Positions 58,348-64,000 of a stretch of 64,000 nucleotides of DNA are shown here, one piece after another (the first letter of the stretch is position 1; every line of letters starts with the position of its first letter). The notes beneath the pieces were generated by a model, which did no database searches, had not been told where the DNA came from, and saw only the letters and a program-made list of their open reading frames with translations. This DNA comes from a virus. The translations under genes were made by a program, and so were the position numbers. Location of the stretch: IMG/VR virus record IMGVR_UViG_3300021141_000001; one strand, 5' to 3'.

Positions 58348-58597
58348 AAAGTCTGATAATTTAATAGAACCAGGTTATGTTTATGCTCCTTATATACCAA
58401 TGACTACGGCTCAGACTGTAGTTGGATATGGTTCAAAAAATGTAAGTAGAAAGAGAAAAATTAATAAGATATTTGATTTAGGTTTAGATGTTAAAGATGA
58501 ATTCTCACCAAGTAAATCAATTATGAGTAGATACTCTAAAAAGATTATAAATAATAAATTTTACGGAACTATAGAAATAAAAAATCCCACTTATTAA
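58334..58597 (+). CDS. Mini-protein resembling the C-terminal segment of a gp23-like capsid protein, with an inserted RxxKI tag
   Basis: MLIGKKSDNLIEPGYVYAPYIPM...FSPSKSIMSRYSKKIINNKFYGTIEI resembles gp23 G.KG....AG..YAPY...F.P..G.(K/M)TRY; ATG 58334 preferred. Confidence 0.7.
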   Translation: MLIGKKSDNLIEPGYVYAPYIPMTTAQTVVGYGSKNVSRKRKINKIFDLGLDVKDEFSPSKSIMSRYSKKIINNKFYGTIEIKNPTY

Positions 58598-58607
58598 GTG
58601 GGATTTT
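58579..58607. terminator. Bidirectional terminator
   Basis: AAAAAATCCCACTT-ATT-AAGTGGGATTTT. Confidence 0.75.
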
Positions 58608-58609
58608 AA

Positions 58610-58912
58610 TTATAATTCATTGAACTTTTTTAAATGATTAAGACTTTCTGCTAAGAATTTCTCACCATCTAAATTCTTATTAGAAGGCTTATTAGGTTTT
58701 TTAGTATTGATTGTAGGATCTGCTAAGAATTTCTCACCATCTAAATTTTTGTTAGAAGGCTTAGTAACTTTCATAGAAACATCAGCATCACTTAAAGATT
58801 TATCAGCATCTAATTTCTTTTTTGATGCTGGTTTACTATGATCTTGTTTCTTTATATCTTTTGATAAATTTGATAACTTATCATTAATTGGATGTTTCTT
58901 AATGTGTTTCAT
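58610..58912 (-). CDS. Basic low-complexity protein with duplicated KPSNKNLDGEKFLA and a C-terminal CTS-like motif
   Basis: Direct repeat in DNA; ends LAESLNHLKKFNEL*. Confidence 0.65.
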   Translation of the reverse strand: MKHIKKHPINDKLSNLSKDIKKQDHSKPASKKKLDADKSLSDADVSMKVTKPSNKNLDGEKFLADPTINTKKPNKPSNKNLDGEKFLAESLNHLKKFNEL

Positions 58913-58913
58913 C

Positions 58914-59507
58914 TTATTTAGTGAATTTTAGTTTATATACTGTTTGATATATTAAAACTAATATATCGTCAATTATATTTGAAAATTCTGTATCTTCTTC
59001 ATTGAAGCAATTTTTTCTTTCTGATTTGATAAATTTACCCAAATCCATAAAATATTCAATTGGATCTTTTGAGTTAGACTCTTTAGTGTCTATTATATCA
59101 TAACCTTCTATTAGACCATATTGTGCTTGATATATTTCAATTAGTGTATCAAGTGAGTCTAATACTCCACCTTCTCCTTCATCATCTCCTTCATAGTATT
59201 CTTGTAGTGCTATATGTTTAGCATGAGATCCCATATCTCCTTTAACTTGTAGGTGATAAACGTGAGCCATTTGTCTTGATTCAAATATTTTAGATATAAA
59301 TTTTATAACATCATTAGAACCTGGTGTTTCAGAATTTTCTGACTTTTCTTCTTCAGTCTCATTATCTTCAACTTCTTCAGTTTTAGATTGACCAGCCATT
59401 AACTTAATCAATTCTTCTTTTGACATATCTTCGTAATTACCAGGAAGATTTGCTTCTGCCTCGAATATCTTCTTTTTAACTGGTTTAAAATCTGAAAACT
59501 TTTTCAT
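58914..59507 (-). CDS. Ferritin/Dps-like four-helix protein (DUF5856-like) with CTS leader
   Basis: AHVYHLQVKG..SHAKHIALQEYYE, D.LIE.YQ..YG, YKLKF; leader MKKFSDF..IFE. Confidence 0.7.
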   Translation of the reverse strand: MKKFSDFKPVKKKIFEAEANLPGNYEDMSKEELIKLMAGQSKTEEVEDNETEEEKSENSETPGSNDVIKFISKIFESRQMAHVYHLQVKGDMGSHAKHIALQEYYEGDDEGEGGVLDSLDTLIEIYQAQYGLIEGYDIIDTKESNSKDPIEYFMDLGKFIKSERKNCFNEEDTEFSNIIDDILVLIYQTVYKLKFTK

Positions 59508-59550
59508 ATTATTCTTTTTAATTTTATAATTTATATATTAATTTCTAAGA

Positions 59551-59952
59551 TCACTTTAATGTATCTAAGAAATTATCATAATCAAATTTGATTTTTTCTT
59601 TTTTGAATTGAGTTACCATATCATTGGCAATCTCCATTCTATTTTCTTTATCTTTAACTTTTTTTAGAATATCAATAATACCTGAAACCATTTGATAGTC
59701 GTTGTTATCTTTTAATTCAGTCTTTATTTTTGACTTTGACTCAAATATAATAGACTCTTCTATTCTTTTTTCAGTTTGGTCTATATTGTCTATAACATAT
59801 TCGGAACCATATTCTAAAGAAGATAAAATAGAATCTGCTAAATATCCAGCCTCTCCTTCATTTTCAGCTGGTATGATTAACTCAACTTGAGCATCTACTT
59901 TATAGAAACTTTCATTTTCTACTTCTTCTAATATTTTAGTAAATTTTTTCAT
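59551..59952 (-). CDS. CTS-leader hypothetical protein
   Basis: MKKFTKILEE; IEE/IFE putative cleavage sites. Confidence 0.65.
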   Translation of the reverse strand: MKKFTKILEEVENESFYKVDAQVELIIPAENEGEAGYLADSILSSLEYGSEYVIDNIDQTEKRIEESIIFESKSKIKTELKDNNDYQMVSGIIDILKKVKDKENRMEIANDMVTQFKKEKIKFDYDNFLDTLK

Positions 59953-59953
59953 T

Positions 59954-61060
59954 TTATTTAGTTTTTATTTTCCCAATTTTATTCATAAGATATCTTCCGT
60001 TTTCATTAAACTCTTTACTCCAATACTCAACAAATTGTTTACAATTCATTTTCTTAAAAGTGTTTATTGGTATAACTGATTTACCTTTTTGTCCTTTTAA
60101 CTCACTCTCATATACTGATACCCACATATCTTTAAGTTTATCAGCAATTTCGTGTTCGTCTTTAGCTCCAACTAATAAAGCATTACCCATATCTCTCAAA
60201 TTATAATGAGATGATATTGTGTTAATTAATGAGTTGTAAAATTCATCAGCATTAAAATATTTCATTTTTTCAGATATTTTGTATATCTTAAACTCTTTTA
60301 AATCTTTATTTGGATACTTATCAATAAAGTAATTGATTTCTTGAATGTTAGCATTCATCTCTTGTCTTTCACTAAAGTAGATGTATGATAAAAAATCTGA
60401 AGTCCATTTATACCAAATTTCTTTAGGAAACTTCCATTTGTTTTTCTCAGCATAGGTAAGAGCAGTATTGAAAGATCTATCATAAATAGGCTTTCTATAT
60501 TCACCTCTTTTAGCACCTTTAATAGTTCTTTTATAATGTTCGTAACAGTGATTTAACTCGTGATATAAAGTTGAGTTTATACCATCTATTAATTCTTGTT
60601 TATTTTCAGGATTATTAATGTCAAAGTTTCTTTTATCTACATCAACACCAACACTTAATTGAATTATTAGACCAACATCAGCAATTTTTCTAGCTGGTTT
60701 AACTATTTTAGAGTAGTTTTTCCAGTTTTTATTTCCAAAACCTGAAGCATATCCACCAATAGCAACGTGATTAGGGTAATCATACATTCCTTTAAATCTT
60801 GATGTAGTCATTTTTTTGAACTCCAATATCAATTCAAATCCAACAACTGGAAAATCAGGATATAAATTTTTATCTATAAATCTAGCTAAGTCTCTGTATT
60901 TAATTTCTACTTTTTCATCTAGTATATTTTCAGTAGATTCTAAAAAATCTAAGAATTTATAATATGTCTTTTTTTGTAAGACATCAGCAAACATAATACT
61001 TGACCTAGATAAGCCATGAGCCTCGTTTATTACGAATTGTTTAAAATTAAAAATCCCCAT
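59954..61060 (-). CDS. CTS-leader protein with HExxH zincin-like motif
   Basis: MGIFNFKQFVINE; LYHELNHCYE...QEMNA; TAATATATA at 61066-74 (minus). Confidence 0.65.
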   Translation of the reverse strand: MGIFNFKQFVINEAHGLSRSSIMFADVLQKKTYYKFLDFLESTENILDEKVEIKYRDLARFIDKNLYPDFPVVGFELILEFKKMTTSRFKGMYDYPNHVAIGGYASGFGNKNWKNYSKIVKPARKIADVGLIIQLSVGVDVDKRNFDINNPENKQELIDGINSTLYHELNHCYEHYKRTIKGAKRGEYRKPIYDRSFNTALTYAEKNKWKFPKEIWYKWTSDFLSYIYFSERQEMNANIQEINYFIDKYPNKDLKEFKIYKISEKMKYFNADEFYNSLINTISSHYNLRDMGNALLVGAKDEHEIADKLKDMWVSVYESELKGQKGKSVIPINTFKKMNCKQFVEYWSKEFNENGRYLMNKIGKIKTK

Positions 61061-61106
61061 AAGTCTATATATTAAAAACCTATGGGGATTTATTGAATTA
61101 TTTATA

Positions 61107-61535
61107 TTAGTTCAAGATTTCAGTTATCTTTTTCTCTCTATATGATCTAACATCGATATCAGTCTCAACAGCTTCATAGAATGATAGTTTAACCATATTC
61201 GTATATTTTTGAGTTTCTTCTTCATTAGCCATTGGGTGTAATCTGTTTTCATAAGACTCCCATCTATTTTTTGATTCTGGCTTACCATATTTTTGATTAA
61301 GAGATTCATTGAATTTATCATATTCATCAATTTCTACTGTTAGAATATCTTCCATATCATATGAGTATTCTGATATTGAACACTGCTTAAATTCTTTAGC
61401 ATTTAATTCATTCACCTTTCTATTAGCATCTTCTTTAGAAAATACAATTAGACTTGGACTACCACCTTCGGATTCACTGTAGATATTATCATCATATTCA
61501 AATCCTTTTCTTAAAATTACATACGCCTTTTCCAT
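61107..61535 (-). CDS. Hypothetical protein with C-terminal RxxKI tag
   Basis: Ends SYREKKITEILN*. Confidence 0.65.
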   Translation of the reverse strand: MEKAYVILRKGFEYDDNIYSESEGGSPSLIVFSKEDANRKVNELNAKEFKQCSISEYSYDMEDILTVEIDEYDKFNESLNQKYGKPESKNRWESYENRLHPMANEEETQKYTNMVKLSFYEAVETDIDVRSYREKKITEILN

Positions 61536-62020
61536 TACTTAATCTCTATATTTGTTAACCATTTATTTACTTGCTTTTCTGACATATCACAAATTTGTTC
61601 TTTGGTGAATCCCATTTGTGTCATAATATCAAATATCATTATTAAACAATCTGTTGATTCTAATAAGATATTATAGTTTATTTGTTCTTTAGTTTCTAAA
61701 CTTCTTTTATAGCCGGCTAATTTAAGGATTTCTGCTGACAATTCACCATATTCTTCGCCTAATTTTAAACCTCTTTCTAATATTCCTTCTTCTTCATATT
61801 GAGAAGCATTTGATACTAAATCAAAAACATAATCAATTAAAGGTTCTATTACTAAATCTTCTTTCGATACTTTACCTTTTCTTTCAAATTCTTCCATAAG
61901 AATTTCTAATATGGCAACATCATTAGATTCATCTTCTGTTAACTCTTTATGAAAAATAGACTCAAGATATTTTTGAGCTTGATTGTAGTCATAAAGTGTT
62001 TTTATAGGTTTTATTTTCAT
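61535..62020 (-). CDS. HigA-antitoxin N-terminal-like domain fused to a MazG-like NTP pyrophosphohydrolase
   Basis: MKIKPIKTLYDYNQA...E.NDVAILEILMEEFE; KLGEEYGELSAEIL...LLESTDCL (EExxE...ExxD). Confidence 0.65.
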   Translation of the reverse strand: MKIKPIKTLYDYNQAQKYLESIFHKELTEDESNDVAILEILMEEFERKGKVSKEDLVIEPLIDYVFDLVSNASQYEEEGILERGLKLGEEYGELSAEILKLAGYKRSLETKEQINYNILLESTDCLIMIFDIMTQMGFTKEQICDMSEKQVNKWLTNIEIK

Positions 62021-62070
62021 TTTTGAGAATTGATAATTAATATATAAAGTGTAAAAATATAAGCTTATAT

Positions 62071-62331
62071 ATGGGAATAATTAAAAAGTTTGATAGTTTT
62101 CTTAGTGAAAAATTAGTTGCGGCAGCACCTGCTCCTGTTACTACACCTACTCCTACGATTACACCAACAACACCAAAACCAAGCAGACCTGGTATTACAC
62201 CAACTGAAGTACCTTCTGAGGAAGATGCTCCTTTAGCTTCTGCTCAAAAAGTAATTGATAGATTTGAATCTGTTTATAATAATGCTTCTGATGAAGATAA
62301 AAAAGAGATTGACTCTTATTTCGAAAAATAA
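62071..62331 (+). CDS. CTS-leader Pro/Thr-rich small protein
   Basis: MGIIKKFDSFLSE; PAPVTTPTPTITP; TAATATATA at 62038-46. Confidence 0.7.
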   Translation: MGIIKKFDSFLSEKLVAAAPAPVTTPTPTITPTTPKPSRPGITPTEVPSEEDAPLASAQKVIDRFESVYNNASDEDKKEIDSYFEK

Positions 62332-62339
62332 TTTTAACT

Positions 62340-64000
62340 ATGAAAAATTTTGAACAATTTATAAAAGAAGAAGTTGATTTAAGAGGCAATACTGGTGTTC
62401 CTGATGACTTTATGAGAAAGTCTGATGAAGAAGCTAGAAAGAATCTAGGTGTTAGACCAGATGACGAGTCTCAAATGAGAAATCTTTGGCCCTCTTTTGA
62501 AGGTGCTATGAGACAATCTCAACAAATTTTATCAACAGGTCCTAATGGACAAAGATTATCCCAACAAGAAGTACAAGAAAGAATTACTAAACTAGAAAAA
62601 CTTGCTGAAAAAGTAGTAAGAGATCAATTTGATGAAATTTTAGATGCTTCTATTAAGCCAATTGAATTAGATATTAAATTAGTACCGATGGGTTCTGTTA
62701 ATAGAGAAATTGAAGATATTAATCAAGTTCCTCAACAAGCTAAACAGCCTACTGAAGAAGAACAAGAAGAACAAGATGAGAGAGATGAGGAAAATCAAGA
62801 ACAAGAAGAACAAACACCTGAAGAAAGAATGGAAGGTGAAGAAACACCAGGAACTGATTTAGTTGCTGCTGTTGAAAAGAAGAAAATTCTTAATATGATT
62901 ACTCAAGCCGCTGGTAAATCTACAAAAGATATTATTAGAGCTTCTGATATTGTTGATGAAGGATTACAGCAAATTTTTGGTGATGGTTATAGAACAATAT
63001 TGAACTTATGGGTTCAAATGTCTGACATTGCTGATAAAATGGATTGGGTTATTCCAATTGATAGAAAAGCAGGTATGATGAAAAATGCGCCGGGTGGTAT
63101 GGCTGGTGCTGTTCAAGTTAAATGGGAAAGTTTTTCAGGTAACTTATATAATATGAACTTTCTTTTAGAAAAAGAAGCTACTAAAATAGTTATTAAATCT
63201 ACAGGTGTTGATTTTCCAATGCTGATTCATGAAACAATTAAAGGTATATTCCTTTTCTTACAGTCTGGTGCTATCAAAAAAGATAAAAAAACAGCGGAGA
63301 TAGTTAAAAAAGCTACTTCATCTTTTATGGATGAGGCTCAAGATTTTAGATATGGTCCTCCAGCTTTACAAATGTTATTACTTTTTGTAAATAAATTCTC
63401 TGAATCTGGTGATTATAAAAGATTAGAAGCCAGAGTATTTACAATGCTGGCTGTTGATAAAGAAAGAGCTATGTCAGAAGCTAAAAATGCTCCTGAAGAA
63501 CATAAAGAACTTTTACAAAAGAAAGCCAATATTGCTAGAACGGATAAAGAATTCTTAGATATTATGAAAAGTATATTCTCAGTATTTGATAGTGTTGAAA
63601 GAGGTGGTAAAATTGAATTCACTGTTAATGAGGAAAAATTCAATACATCTTTGGCTAAAAGAGAAGTTAAAAAGATAATCGATTATATTGTTGAAGATAT
63701 TGAAGATTATAAGAGAGAAATTGAAGAGTGGGAACAAGAACAAAGAGAAAGAGAAGAAGAGTCTAAATATCGTCAAGATGATGAACCTAGTCAATCAGGA
63801 GATGATGAATTTGCTAAACCTGATGAGGCTGAGTCCGATCTTGATGCTTTGATTAAGAAAAGTTTATATGGTGGTGAAGAAGAAAAAGAAACTGGAGAAG
63901 TTGACTATTCCGAATTAACTCAAAGAGAATTACAAGAGTTAATTGACGACGCTTTAGATGCCGGTGATTATAAGAGAGTTCAAATGTTAGCTCAGTATAT
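62340..64000 (+). CDS. Large CTS-leader protein, 3' end runs off the window
   Basis: Manual translation MKNFEQFIKEEVDLRG...FPMLIHETIKG...; absent from the ORF track because no stop lies in the window. Confidence 0.75.
   Translation, partial: MKNFEQFIKEEVDLRGNTGVPDDFMRKSDEEARKNLGVRPDDESQMRNLWPSFEGAMRQSQQILSTGPNGQRLSQQEVQERITKLEKLAEKVVRDQFDEILDASIKPIELDIKLVPMGSVNREIEDINQVPQQAKQPTEEEQEEQDERDEENQEQEEQTPEERMEGEETPGTDLVAAVEKKKILNMITQAAGKSTKDIIRASDIVDEGLQQIFGDGYRTILNLWVQMSDIADKMDWVIPIDRKAGMMKNAPGGMAGAVQVKWESFSGNLYNMNFLLEKEATKIVIKSTGVDFPMLIHETIKGIFLFLQSGAIKKDKKTAEIVKKATSSFMDEAQDFRYGPPALQMLLLFVNKFSESGDYKRLEARVFTMLAVDKERAMSEAKNAPEEHKELLQKKANIARTDKEFLDIMKSIFSVFDSVERGGKIEFTVNEEKFNTSLAKREVKKIIDYIVEDIEDYKREIEEWEQEQREREEESKYRQDDEPSQSGDDEFAKPDEAESDLDALIKKSLYGGEEEKETGEVDYSELTQRELQELIDDALDAGDYKRVQMLAQY

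Noticed and set aside
1-64000. Stop-codon reassignment as in some jumbo phages
   Set aside because: Conserved genes are full length in code 11, coding density is high, and TAG/TGA occur as real stops.

Overview
A 64-kb, very AT-rich, gene-dense fragment of a large T4-like (gp21/gp23-type) jumbo bacteriophage using the standard genetic code. The host is most likely Bacteroidota: there are several TTTG-N19-20-TAnnTTTG promoters, no Shine-Dalgarno sites, and a tmRNA tag that starts with Gly. Core genes include a prohead protease-scaffold fusion, major capsid protein (MCP), baseplate/tail proteins, DnaB and DinG helicases, the N-terminal half of a split family-B DNA polymerase, NrdA, ThyA, a Nei glycosylase and two orphan DNA methyltransferases. 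There is also a glycosyltransferase island and an RNA quality-control set (RNase R, NFACT-R, tmRNA, Ro60/TROVE with candidate Y-like RNAs, 2H phosphoesterase, ligase-like protein). Most unusual: (1) three separate genes encode pieces of a gp23-like capsid protein and two encode degenerate RecA/DnaB-like domains, all sharing a short R-x-x-K-I-x-x-I-(L/F) tag, a candidate decoy or interference system; (2) about 19 proteins carry a T4 CTS-like leader and usually a TAATATATA promoter, suggesting a large head-packaged cargo that includes membrane proteins; (3) a one-piece tmRNA has an alphaproteobacterial-type T-loop and a 29-aa tag; (4) a Y-like RNA module carries a ~190-nt structured insertion. 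All family assignments come from motif recognition by eye; no searches were run.
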